Below, piece by piece: positions 24,531-36,487 of a DNA stretch of 64,000 bases. This stretch comes from Balanoglossus misakiensis (Eukaryota; Animalia; Hemichordata): assembly GCA_040954595.2 (NCBI GenBank), contig CM082590.2:4588001-4652000 (forward strand). The letters run 5' to 3'. The notes below the pieces were generated by a model. It made no database searches and was not told the DNA's origin. It was given only the letters and a program-made list of their open reading frames with translations. The translations under genes were made by a program, and so were the position numbers. The first letter of the stretch is position 1. Each line of letters begins with the position of its first letter.

Positions 24531-25726
24531 ATATTATATCATGCTACCGTCCGCAATTCTGATTGGACGAGAGCTCAATCCAGCGATGCTAAAATTAAGC
24601 AATAAAACACCCCCAGCCATGGTATACCATGAGATTTTGACCAGTTCACGACATAAACGCACGAGCGATAGCGAGTGCGTATATGGAGTTGAACTGGTCA
24701 AAATCGAGTGGTATACCATGGCTGGGGGTGTTTTATTGCTATTATATTATGCCAGTATATTGAAACTTTGCATAAAACATTTTAAAAAGGTATTTTCTTT
24801 GACTATGATATATGACTGTGGTATATGGCTAATATATCACGGTCACGTGTCGTGTCTCGACCAATCAAATAGCGTGATTTACACCATCAATATACTGGTA
24901 TAATATAATTAAGCAATAAAACACCCCCAGCCATGGTATATCACGAGATTTTGACCAGTTCACGACATATATGCACGAGCGATAGCGAGTGCGTATATGG
25001 AGTTGAACTGGTCAAAATCGAGTGATATACCATGGCTGGGGGTGTTTTATTGCTATTATATTATGCCAGTATATTGAAACTTTGCATAAAACATTTTAAA
25101 AAGACATTTTCTTTGACTATGATATATGACTGTGGTATATGGCTAATATATCACGGTCACGTGTCGTGTCTCGACCAATCAAATAGCGTGATTTACACCA
25201 TCAATATACTGGTATAATATAATACTCAATAATGCACTGCTGGCAGTGCTAAAACGGGCCCCTGAACTAGCATGCGGCAGCAAAAATGTGCGGTTAAACC
25301 ACAGTCACGCATGTTTAAACCAAATAAATAAAACATATTGTTGAATTAACGGACGTTTTATTTTGGAACTGCTCTGTAGAAATATTTGTAACTTTGCCAC
25401 GCGCGATGCCCGTCTTGTCACTTTTTGTCGTCTGCTTCATGTTTAATGCTCGATCCCGGCCGCTCGTGTTTACATTCATCGTCGCCATGTTGGTTCACGA
25501 TAGTAATTTCTCTTTCTGACGCCGTTTCGGTAAGATAATGACACTGATATGCCACAAAAACAGTTGTTGATATAATATAATAGCTATAACCCCCGCCTCA
25601 GTCGGGTATACACTCGATTTGGGTACAATTCGCTCCATATAGCACTCGCCTGACAGCTCGTGCTATATGTCTCGAATTGTACCCAAATCTCGCGTATACC
25701 CGCCTGCGGCGGGGCTTATTGCTTAA
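24531..25726 (-). mobile_element. Outer Crypton-like element hosting the dimer
   Basis: Terminal hairpin 25582-25726 ends TTATTGCTTAA, the same terminal motif in opposite orientation. Left end tattatatca mirrors tgatataata at ~25568. Confidence 0.55.
24595..25222 (+). mobile_element. Head-to-tail dimer of a 314-bp Crypton-like hairpin element
   Basis: Units 24595-24908 and 24909-25222. Each starts TTAAGCAATAA and has a ~145-bp hairpin closing at TTATTGCTATTATA, as in non-autonomous Crypton families. Confidence 0.7.
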
Positions 25727-26922
25727 ATACACTATCTAGCATATACACACAAACACTAGAAGTTTCTATATTTTGCGTGTGTCCGGCAAGCTGACCCGTT
25801 GAAAAATAATAAACCTATTAGGCACCGACTAGCGCCACAAGTAACAATCATATGTTTTGAGACCAAAATGTCTGGCTAAATTTACGTGCATGGGGTTGAA
25901 GGGAGAAATTTTGAATAACAGTCCTCAAAACAAACAAAATGTAAACCACTTGTAAAAACAGTCGTGGTACGCGTCACCGCCAGACATTGTTGCATTTGGT
26001 GTGAAATGTCAGTTGTTACAGTTAACAGTTCACTTACCTGTGGATCCTTATATTCTCCAGAAGCCATGGTTACGTTATAGACATTGTGTTGGAATACTTT
26101 AACAATCTGGATCAGTAGCACCGCTTTAGAGTTGAACAAGTCAGCTTCGTAAATGTTCGTAAATGGCGGCGTCGCCTACCTGGTCAGGTGATGTTGACAA
26201 CAAGTTGGGGAAACCCCCGATAAATAAGGAAGTACACTACAAAGAAAAATAATGACAAGAGTTGGGTCAAAGTTCATAACGCCATAAAAGTGTGGCATAA
26301 ACACTTCAATACTGTGGTGACGTTACAGCAGAATTCCTAGATTTCTGTTTAAATCACTAAACTAGTTGGCACCAACAATTTGAATATTTATGTTTTATGA
26401 CAGTATGAGCAGCGGAATGACGTGGCCTATCCCCACTTCACAAGCTTCAGTACAGGACATAGTCTCGCTTTGCAGACTCTTCTCGCTTCGCTAGTTCGCC
26501 ACCGGCGGTGTGAGAACGCGAGGAGTGAAGCCAAAAGTGTCTGTGAAGAACACAGTCGCATGAAGATTGTGTTGTGTTTACATGGCGATCGCCTATGACA
26601 CTTTTCTGTGTCATAGGCGATCGACGTGTTATACAATTCAACCCCCGTGCGCCTGCGGGGGAGAATCACTGCATTCCATTGTGATGACGTACACACAAGA
26701 CAGGCAATGAATTCAGATATTACAAAGGACCCTTGACCCAGTTGGCTTTCAGTCAATGCATGTTGTGCCAGACAGTATGTGACTGACCGACAGGCCCCGT
26801 CGTAGTTGACAGCCCAGTGCAGTATAAGATATCGTATACATGTACTGTGCTGTCAACTACAGCAGTGCCTGTAATCATGTGATTGTGAGTGAATATCACT
26901 GCACGTCTACAACTACATTGAC

Positions 26923-27067
26923 TATCGAGGATTTTGTTTAATTTGTCAGTTGTGGGTGATTTCCTGTTAGTGTTGAGAAATTTAGTATTTCCCGTATCGA
27001 GGATTTTGTTTAATTTGTCAGTTGTGGGTGATTTCCTGTTAGTGTTGAGAAATTTAGTATTTCCCGT
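26923..27067. repeat. 72-bp tandem duplication (2 copies)
   Basis: tatcgaggattttgtttaatttgtcag... at 26923 and 26995. Confidence 0.9.
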
Positions 27068-27339
27068 CTTCGCAAATTGGTATATTTTTCCAATATGTAG
27101 CATTATATCCAAATACCACATTCTTGCCAAATGTGTCTTTTATTTGGAAGTGTTGCATGAGAGATTGAAAATCAGAATATATTATATTAAAATGAATCCA
27201 CTCTCATACAATCAATTTTAAGTGGTCAATGACCTTTAGTGTACTGTACATTAAAATAAAAGATATAATTCATAAGATGTAGAAGTAGTAAAACTGTTTT
27301 TTTCTTTTATTAAAATATGATTGCAAAAGGTTTCATATA

Positions 27340-30197
27340 GTGGAGCGGCCAAAGCCCAATTTTCATAGCGATTGTGCATTTTGTGATAAAAGCACCAAAC
27401 TTGGCTCAGATGTGTGTTACCGTGTACTAAGCAAATTCAGATAGCGAGCCACTTAATATATGTTAACGGGTAGCCATGGCAACCATTTTTCAAAATGGCC
27501 GCCACTACATTAATCTTTCCCACAAAATAACGACTAAAGAACACCAAGGTAATTTCAGATTATGATATTTGAAACCAGAAACTATAGAAAGGGTGATTTG
27601 CAAAGTATTTGTGGTCACCGACATAGTTATAAATACAGAATAAAGGATAAAATACAGTTTAATGTCTACAGTGGAGCGGCATAACAGATCGATTGTGGAT
27701 TTTGTGATAAAAGCACCAAACTTGGCTCAGATGTGCGTTAATGTGTACTAAACAAATTCAGATAGCGAGCCACAATATCTGTTGATGAGTTTCCATGGCA
27801 ACCATTTTTTTTATTTTTTTTTCAAAATGGCCGCCAATACAGATAATCTCACCCACAAATTAACAATTATAAAACACCAAAATAAATTCTCATTACAATA
27901 TTTGAAACAAAAAACTGCTCAAAGAGTAATTTTCAAAATATTTATCATCACTAAACTAGTTATAGGGGTAAATACAGGATCGAGATTCAGTCACTGTATA
28001 ACCATAGATATTTTATAATAGTGGCCTGGCATAAACAACATTTTCATAACATTTGGGCATTTTGTGATAAAAGTTTAACAAGTAAAGCTCAGTTGATTCG
28101 TTATTTTCCCCATAAAAATATCTTTGATGAACAAAATTCCAAATTTAGTCAACCCAGGGAAAAAACGGCATGTTGTTTCTCAACCTTATAAATTGATCTG
28201 ACCAGTTTGAATCAGTGCAGAATCTAGCTTTTCTATTTAACTTCAAATGATTCATGCAAATAAAGAATCACTTCCCCATAAAATGGTGGCAGAAAGCCAG
28301 TATCATGACAGTCGATTGGTTTGTTAAAGTTACTATAGAAACTAACTATGTCTAGGTTGCATGTACATAGATAGATGTTAGGAATCAAAATCAAAATCTG
28401 TTTCAAACTTTTCATCCAATACTTGTCCTTCGGAAAGCGTTTTGATGAAGTCGCTTGAAGTGCTTTGTATTGCTCATGTTATCGATAATTTTAATCGCAC
28501 CTTGATGATAGTCAGCAGTTCTATTTTGACATGTTATTTTGTGTATTTTTGAACCCCCAAAATCTAAGAATAAAATGATAAAGTAAAAATAAGCTTCAAA
28601 ACACCAAAAGTCTTCAGGATCACAGCTTTTCTGTAAAGAGTAAGATTTCGCTTACTTCATGCTATTAAATGAAATGAAGTTTTCCGTAATATCTCTTGCA
28701 AAGTCGGATCTTTACACATTGAGATATTAGAATGGAAGTACATTCCAAGTGACTTGTTGGGAGCATTGGGCCACCCAATCCCAGAAAATTGCAATAAGAC
28801 TTGTTTTTCCATTTACCAATCTAAAGGCCAACTGCTTGTATATTTAGTTGGGTTTCTATAATTAACACACATTTTTGACAATATTTATGGCATGATGAAC
28901 ACTATTCTCGACAAATAAAATAATGTTGTGTCCTCCGGTGTAATTTTTAGGTCCCATTGGTATAGGCCTATATACCATGGGACCTTATGGGATGGGTTGC
29001 GTCTGTATGTATGTATGGATGGATGTATGTATGGATGTATGGATGTATGGATGTATGTCTGTATGTCCGTCCACATCAAAAACTTGAAAACCGCTGCGCG
29101 TATCACCTCAATATTTGGTGTGTAGGTGCAGGCAGGGCTGTAGATGGGAGTTTGTCCAAACGAATTTGCCAGGCCCAAAAATATGCAAATTAACTGGAAA
29201 AATGTGAAATTGATCAAAACTCTGTAAGTCAACAACTACTGGTCAGATTGCTTTGAAAATTGGTATGCATGTACCTTATGTCAACCTCACACTGACCTGT
29301 AAGTGTTGAGTTGATATCATGGATGTTTTATTTTTTATGAATTTTTTAGTCTTTTCATTAAATTTATACCTTTACTTATACCTCTATGGTTAAGCTATGT
29401 CCACGTCTTATTGTGGAATTCTGGTCTGTGCAATAGTCCTGTACAGTGACTGTCTATTGGTCAGTGAGCACAATGGGGCCAAAATAAAAGGCAAATTTTT
29501 GGGCTCACCTGTAACACCTGCTTAACACATTAATTATGTGCATACCTAATTCCGGGCTAACTAATTGGGCTAGAGGTTTTGTTCTTGTGGGACATGGACC
29601 AGTATAGGGTCAAAATTTCTTGCCCAAATTTTGGGTGACCTCAGGTGACCTTTGACCTACTTTCCTATATCTCGGCATCCAGAGCAGGTACAGACTTGGC
29701 GTTTGGAGGGTTGGGACTAAAATTGAAAAGCCGAAATATGGGTCACCTGTGACACCTGCATATCTCATTAATTATGTGCATACCTAATTCCAGGCTAACC
29801 AATATGGCTATAGGTTTGGTTTTTATTGAACATGGACATTAATCCGAGAACAAAGGGATTAAAAGGTGCGCCTTTAAATTGTGTTTTGATAACTTACTTA
29901 CCCCTTTAAGTAGTTTAGTAACCATAATATCTTTGCAAATCATTCTTTCCACAGTTCCTTGTATCAAATATAGTAATCAAAATTTATTTTGGTGTTTACA
30001 GATGTTATTTGGTGGGTGAAATTATCTGTATTGGTGGCCATTTTGAAAAATTGGTTGCCATGGAAACTCATCAACAGATATTTAGTGGCTCGCTATCTGA
30101 ATTTGTTTAGTACACATTAACACACATCTGAGCCAAGTTTGGTGCTTTTATCACAAAATGCACAATCGCTATGAAAACTAGGGTTTGGCCGCTCCAC
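27340..30197. mobile_element. TA-flanked DNA transposon remnant with long TIRs (GTGGAGCGGCCAAA...)
   Basis: TA|GTGGAGCGGCCAAA at 27338 and TTTGGCCGCTCCAC|TA at 30199. TIR similarity extends >150 bp. The left-end block is repeated at ~27670 and ~28020. Contains a HINE insertion. Confidence 0.65.
28946..29838 (+). mobile_element. HINE-like element family A, 3'-truncated
   Basis: Same 5' hairpin, microsatellite and interior as the 8651 copy. Homology stops at ~29838. Confidence 0.75.
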
Positions 30198-31807
30198 TAA
30201 TAACTACAAAAGTGTACATCTAAAGAATACCATGTACAAATCAATAGGAAAAAAAAACTAGTTCAACATTTTACATGTATGAAAGAAGTCTCTCAAAACT
30301 ATTTAATCTGTCGCTGTTATTGTAGATTTTTTATCTACTTTATACCTCTGTCTAAACTCACACTTTAACATGATAATTAAAGGAATATTCTTGTCAAGCA
30401 ACCAGTATTTGTGGATACACCACTTACCAATTAAAATTAACAGTAGTAAAACTTTTCTAATATATAATTCAAGTGACCATCCAAAATAATCTATAAACTC
30501 AAAAATCTCTGGTAGAATGAAGCTGAAGCAAATGCTGGCAATTAATGATTTATTTCAAACTTATATTTTTAATCATTTCATCACCATGGTTTAGCTTAAA
30601 TGAATAGTCTTCTAGAGTGAAATTGGACCTCTATAGAAGGAAATGGGGTTGAAAGGATTAAGGTAGTCTTGTACCTTCAAAAATAAAATCTTAAATTTAG
30701 ACCCAAAAAATTGTGTCATGGTGCAAATTTTAAATGAGAGAACAAGACTAAGTCAAGTTTGAAATTCATAGTGGCCACCAATGTCAGTGTAAGCTCAATA
30801 GAGAATAGTTGAAGAAGTGATTTTTATGAAAACGTACCTGATTTCTTGATAGAGCTGTTTAGAGAATTACTGCTCTAACAATTTTTAATTTGAGACAATT
30901 TTATCATGCAACTTTTACGGTGAATAATTAACTTTTTTTTAAATTTTGAGTATTCAGGTAAATATGAACTCAATTTTCAGACTGATTTTGAAGGTGCATG
31001 TTAAAAACCAAACATGAGAAGCAAGTGGGAATAGTTCATGGCTTGTATTTCATTAATTTGGCGGCCCATGTTCCACTCGGGGGAAAAATGCCAACAAAAG
31101 AGACACACATATACACAAAAGATTGCAAAAGTAAACGATTTATTTTAAAAAACATCAAGGATTAAAAAACACAAAAATCCTTCTGGTAGTGAAGAAGCAG
31201 TAAAAGATTCAATTCTCAAGTCTTCATTAAAAAGATTTCTAAAATCTGCAGTTGATGAAACTGCATTGAAAAGGATTAGTAAAATTTGTAATATTCATAT
31301 CCAAGACAAGGTCATACATCGAAAACACATTTAACCCTTTCACCCCTTCAAAGGTTCAACCCCACATAGAAAACAAGAGGTTTGGACTGAACCATTATGA
31401 TGAAAGGGTACAAAGCACCCCAGTTTCCACAAAACATCCATTGTAATCTGTGAAAATCAACAAGATTTCATTGGCAGGCTCCTGTACGCTTCGCAGACTG
31501 TTACTTTAAAATTCTCATTTATAAAAATGGACTTGCAGAGCAATCACACGCTGACCATCAAATTCAGTGTAACTTTCATTAAGGATGTACAACTGATAAA
31601 AGTGAAAGTATTGTCATTTTTATGGTGGATTTTAAGTTGCCCAGGCTTTTCTAAGTGTACCAAAAATCTGTAACAAAATATAGGGGTCACTGTGCTTGTT
31701 TTTGAAACACAAAGCTGTGAATTTAATCAAACTTAAAAACAGCTGAGTAATTTTTTTTACCAATGGGTGTCTATGGGCCGAAAAAAGTTATTTCAAAATT
31801 GAGTGTG

Positions 31808-32328
31808 TGCATGGTGACCACAATATTTTGTTTGAGTTCTGATTTTAATTTCCATGAAATGACGATAGTAGAAGTGCGTTTTCCGGGAATTCTCAATGTA
31901 ATTCTCTGGGAGAGACAAATTCCATGTGCTCCAAGTTTACATGGTGACCACAATATTTTGTTTGAATACTGATTTTAATTTCCCTGAAATGACGATAGTA
32001 GAAGTGCGTTTTCTGGGAATTCTCAATGTAATTCTCTGGGAGAGACAAATTCCATGTGCTCCAAGTTTGCATGGTGACCACAATATTTTGTTTGAGTTCT
32101 GATTTTAATTTCCATGAAATGACGATAGTAGAAGTGCGTTTTCTGGGAATTCTCAATGTAATCCTCTGGGAGAGACATATTCCATGTGCTCCAAGTTTGC
32201 ATGGTGACCACAATATTTTGTTTGAGTTCTGATTTTAATTTCCATGAAATGACGATGGTAGAAGCGCGTTATCTGGTAATTCTCAATGAAATCCTCTGGG
32301 ACAGACATATTCCATGTGCTCCAAGTGT
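31808..32328. repeat. 130-bp minisatellite, 4 copies
   Basis: atggtgacca at 31811, 31941, 32071, 32201. Confidence 0.92.
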
Positions 32329-32626
32329 GCGTATGTCCTTAACTGACCATCAGCACCAATGCTGCAATAGAACAGAAATTTATGGTTAGAAATTGAGCAT
32401 TTCAGACCCTAATTGCTCTAGCCCTGGACTGGTCATTAATTCAACAGATATTAAAAACTATAAGTATATTGTCTATAAACACCGAGAAATTGACAACTAA
32501 CAATGTTTCAGAGACCAAAAATAGATTTAAGGGGACCACTTGCTTGCAAGGCTGGTTCATTTAAAGTCCCAAATTGCTGCTATTTCGTGCAATATTTTCG
32601 ATTTACTTCAAACTGTGAACAGGCCA

Positions 32627-33706
32627 TTTAAAGGGTCAAAGTCTCTCCCTCACTGCCATTTTTCCATCAATTATGTTTGATATACGACGCCGCTTACATT
32701 AAAGTACATGTGTATATATGTAGTGAATGAACGTTCGACCACACACAACTTCCATCCCACTTGTATGATATTGATATGAGGGTAAAATTTGGCCCAAAAT
32801 GAATAAATGGTGGAGAACGATTATTCATTTTGGCCAATTTTTTCACTCCTGTGTCTACAAGCGGGATGGAAGGTGTATGTCCTGTTTGTAGGATGAGAGT
32901 AAACATGTCACCAAAATGAATAAACGGTAAACACTGATTATTCATTTTGTCGAGTGTTTCACTCTGCTCGTGTGAGTTGTGTGTGGAAGTTATTTCGATT
33001 TTGTTGATCAACTGAAATGAATTTCATTTGGCCACGCTATGTATGTCATCCCCACAAATCTCGAGGATGTACTGTTACTCAGGGGTCATGAAAGTGGCCT
33101 ATTCAATTTACTGACACTGTAATGCAATTCAAGTGAATGGGCATATTCATCTGAACGTTTCTGTTCAAAACCTCTACAACCTGATACACAGGACTTACCT
33201 CCATACGGACCACCGCTCTGAAGACCACCGCCACCGTAACCACCAGAACCACCACCGCTGTCCCTCATTGGTCCATAATTTGACTGTCCACTGGCATAAT
33301 TGCTTCCAAAGTCATTGTAGTTACCACCACTGTTGCTATACCCTTTCATTTAGGAAAAAAACAATAGAAATGCATTATCATAACAATACTGTTATGCAAA
33401 ATACCTTGAATTGTTTTACCTGTTGAAAAAACTCGAGAAAATGAATATCAGTCTCTAAAATTTATGCATTTTGGACCAGATTTTACTCTCATATCATACA
33501 AGTGGGATGGAAGTTGTGTGTGGTTGAACGTTCATTCATTACATATACACATGTACATTTATGCATTTTGGGCCAGATTTTACTCTCACATCATAAAAGT
33601 GTGATGGAAGTTGTGTGTTGTTGAACGTTCATTCATTACATATACACATGTACATTAACATAAACAGTGTATTGTATCAAAAAAGGGCAGAGACTTTGTC
33701 CCTTTA
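32627..33706. mobile_element. Paired ends of AGGGACAAAGTCTC-family TTAA MITE(s) bracketing an exon
   Basis: TTAA-AGGGTCAAAGTCTC at 32627 and GAGACTTTGTCCCT-TTAA at ~33706. Both halves share variant motifs (gtacatgtgtatat, cccacttgtatgatat). Confidence 0.6.
33199..33342 (-). pseudogene. Isolated exon of an hnRNP A/B-family gene (Gly-rich M9-like region)
   Basis: aag|...|gtaagt, 144 nt, phase 1-1. Encodes YSNSGGNYNDFGSNYASGQSNYGPMRDSGGG...SGGPYG, resembling hnRNP A1 YNDFGNY..QSSNFGPMKGG...SSGPYG. No RRM exons seen in the window. Confidence 0.75.
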
Positions 33707-33795
33707 ATGTTCAGTCAATCTAGACAAGAGGGACCCAAAGTTTAGGGACTTTATAGACGGGTGGCCTTTATAGACAGGTTGATTCGAATACACAC

Positions 33796-33923
33796 CTTGA
33801 AATTGTTGGCTGCCTGTTTCAATTCAACATCAGTATCCAAGATTTGAACTCCAGCAATTTGGCTGTGAAGTGCGGCCATGTTGAACAAGACACAAGCCTT
33901 CTCAAAAGCGGATGATGTCATAC
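33796..33923 (-). pseudogene. PDCD6IP: Isolated exon encoding part of the ALIX BRO1 domain
   Basis: tag|...|gtgtgt, 128 nt. MTSSAFEKACVLFNMAALHSQIAGVQILDTDVELKQAANNFK resembles ALIX YEKSCVLFNCAALASQIAAEQNLDNDEGLKIAAKHYQ. Neighbouring exons not found. Confidence 0.75.
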
Positions 33924-34332
33924 CTATACAAAACAAGAAAAATACAAGATTGAATCATTCATATGGATTACATTATGTTGTCATTAGGCCCGCAAAATTA
34001 ACATGTTCTGTTCCGATTAGTACCATACTGTTAAAGGGTGATGAGGATTGATCAAATTAATTATTTTTGGATTTAATTTATATTTCTTGTGGTGGCTGGG
34101 AACACAGTTTACACAGTAGAAAAACTTTATAGTCAAAGAGTTTTAAACTGCGCCCTGTCCAATAAAACCATGGAAGTTTTTGAGTGTGATGTGATGTATC
34201 AGTGGTTGGGTATACTTAGACAACAAGATTATCAAGTAAACAAAAAGCAATAAAAATCCCAGGTAGTGTTTCATATCTCTTTGAAATATAGTAGAAGGAG
34301 GTCGTGTAACCTATTTCTCACAACTTTTTGGT

Positions 34333-34425
34333 TTAACCCTTTCACCCCCAGTTCCCACTATAGAGGTCCAACTTTATCATAGAAAACAATGGGTTTGGAT
34401 TGAACCATGGTGGTGAAAGGTTTAA
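34333..34425. mobile_element. Tiny TTAA-CCC (piggyBac-like) MITE
   Basis: TTAACCCTTTCACC...GGTGAAAGGTTTAA. Related copies at ~31331-31410 and ~30575-30661. Confidence 0.55.
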
Positions 34426-35920
34426 ATCCGAATGGACAGACCTACAATGCACAAAATCAGGGTTGAAAGTGTACAGACTTTGATACATGCATTACATATA
34501 TAAATTCTTTGCCATGATACTGTACATGTACGTGTGAAACATATATTGTATCACTCCCTATTTACAATCAGTGTGCCCTCTAAGAGCATATGACAAACTC
34601 AGTGGAGATTCAAGAAAATTATCCACTATACATGAAAAGGTATAGGGCTGACTCAGAGAAACTGTTCAGAAATCTCGAATATCAATTTTGGAATATTTTG
34701 TTTGGCTCAGGCTGACATCTTTCACTTGTGGGATGAGGCAACAGCATAAGAATACCGTACAGCATAAAGTAAAAGTGTCAAGGTACCCTACATTTGATTT
34801 GAATCAGATTGTGATAATAGATAATTTTTACTATTTGACAAATTGACTTACCCATGTTGCATTATCATTATCTGTGTTCCTTCACCACAGTTGATCAGAT
34901 AACGGCAACTAGAACAACAAAATATACGTACCATGTGTGAAATCCCTTTTTATAGTCTTTGAAAAACTATCACTACTAAGGGAAGGATATGGTACAAATA
35001 GAGTTGCTACCTATGATTTTTTTTTTTTTGAAAATTGTTTTACAGTTGCATGATGAAGTAAATATGGATGACCCACTTCACGTGAACATTGCATGATTTA
35101 ATTGAACTGTCATATGCAGTACTTATTTTTGTGACTTTACTCTCTGAAAGTTGATTGTATCAGACATATTATCAGGTTCTCTCTTACTTCTTAGAATCTA
35201 GCCGTGTTTTGTCCACTTTGCATCCAAAACTAATTTCTAGCCTTGTGGATGCCACTGGCCCAATAAAGCCTGATACCCCTTGTTGGGAATTGTGATGTAA
35301 TTAGTGTCCCTTTGTAGTCAATTACAGACTTTGTTTTTCAAATGATTGGACAGAGGATATACATGTACACATGTGTAATTAAATTTCAATGTAATTAGCC
35401 CTGCCTTTACTATAATCTTACACTCTATCAACACTGTTAAGTTAATGTGATTTTCCCACCTTTTCCTGCTTGATTCATTGTGGCTATGTGTATCTATGAC
35501 AATATGACTGTCAGTGATCCCCAGTTTATAAATCCCGACCTGACCTGACCAGGTTGATAAGCATAAGAAAAACTATGTATCGATAATCCATGTTTTTCTT
35601 AATGGCACAATCATCATGCAAATTAGTGAAAACTGTAAATAACCGTCAGAATAATCATGTTAATAGGTAATACAAAAAAACATTATGTCAATCGAGAAAT
35701 GCTAATAATCAAAATGTTGATCACGTCGATAGGAACAGCCATTCAAGTTCCATTGATCACCCTCATTGCCATCGGCCACCCCCACTTCGTAACTCTAACC
35801 AAATAATGATGTAATGATAGTTCCAAATAAAGCCATCAACACCAATTTTGAGATGTTGGTGATATTCTCACGCTATACCCAATGTGATAACAATGAATGC
35901 AATGTGGATAGCATTCTACC

Positions 35921-36198
35921 CACAGGGAGCTCTTCTTCCTTGTTTGTAATGTGTGTGTGTTGATATTGATTAATATAATAAAACAAATCTGTGAAAATAT
36001 ATGTTTCACCTTTGTTTGTTGACAGGTAAAGTTTGGGGTACACATGTATTCAACAGTAAAGAGTTAGACTACCCTAACCTGTCTACGAACAAACAATCAT
36101 GATCATATTTGCAAACATACATATTTTTTTCAGACATTTTTAAATTAATCAATCACAACACACAAACTTTTACAAACAAGGACGAAGAGCTCCCTGTG
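35921..36198. mobile_element. MITE with 29-bp TIR CACAGGGAGCTCTTC.TCCTTGTTTGTAA and 7-bp flanking repeat TTCTACC
   Basis: TIRs match at 28/29. TTCTACC at 35914-35920 and 36199-36205. Confidence 0.8.
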
Positions 36199-36205
36199 TT
36201 CTACC

Positions 36206-36487
36206 CACACACGTCGGAATCATACTGCAGTGGTCGCCTGATTCAACCAGTAAAGGTCACATGAGGTCATCAATTGTTGTGGGTTAAATCTGGTTGACAT
36301 TTCTCTGAAAACACACATGTTTTCACGGACTTGACGTTGATATTTTGGCAATTGGTGTGAGTAGTCATAAAGTGTAATGTTTGGAGCATTGCTTGACCCT
36401 AGTTACTGTTGTGCGATGGGGTGAAATCGACGGCTGAAATTTATTGTCGATCGTCCATAGGCTCCAGTTTATTATTCGACGTCTGTG
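36206..36487. mobile_element. Second, unrelated CAC-ended MITE at the same TTCTACC core
   Basis: Left end CACACACGTCGGAATCATACTG vs right end (rc) CACAGACGTCGAATAATAAACTG, followed by T-TTCTACC. Confidence 0.6.

Noticed and set aside
31808-32328. CRISPR-like array
   Set aside because: Contiguous 130-bp units with no unique spacers, no cas genes, eukaryotic context.
33199-33923. Functional ALIX-hnRNP fusion transcript
   Set aside because: The ALIX exon ends in phase 0 and the hnRNP exon starts in phase 1, so direct splicing is out of frame.
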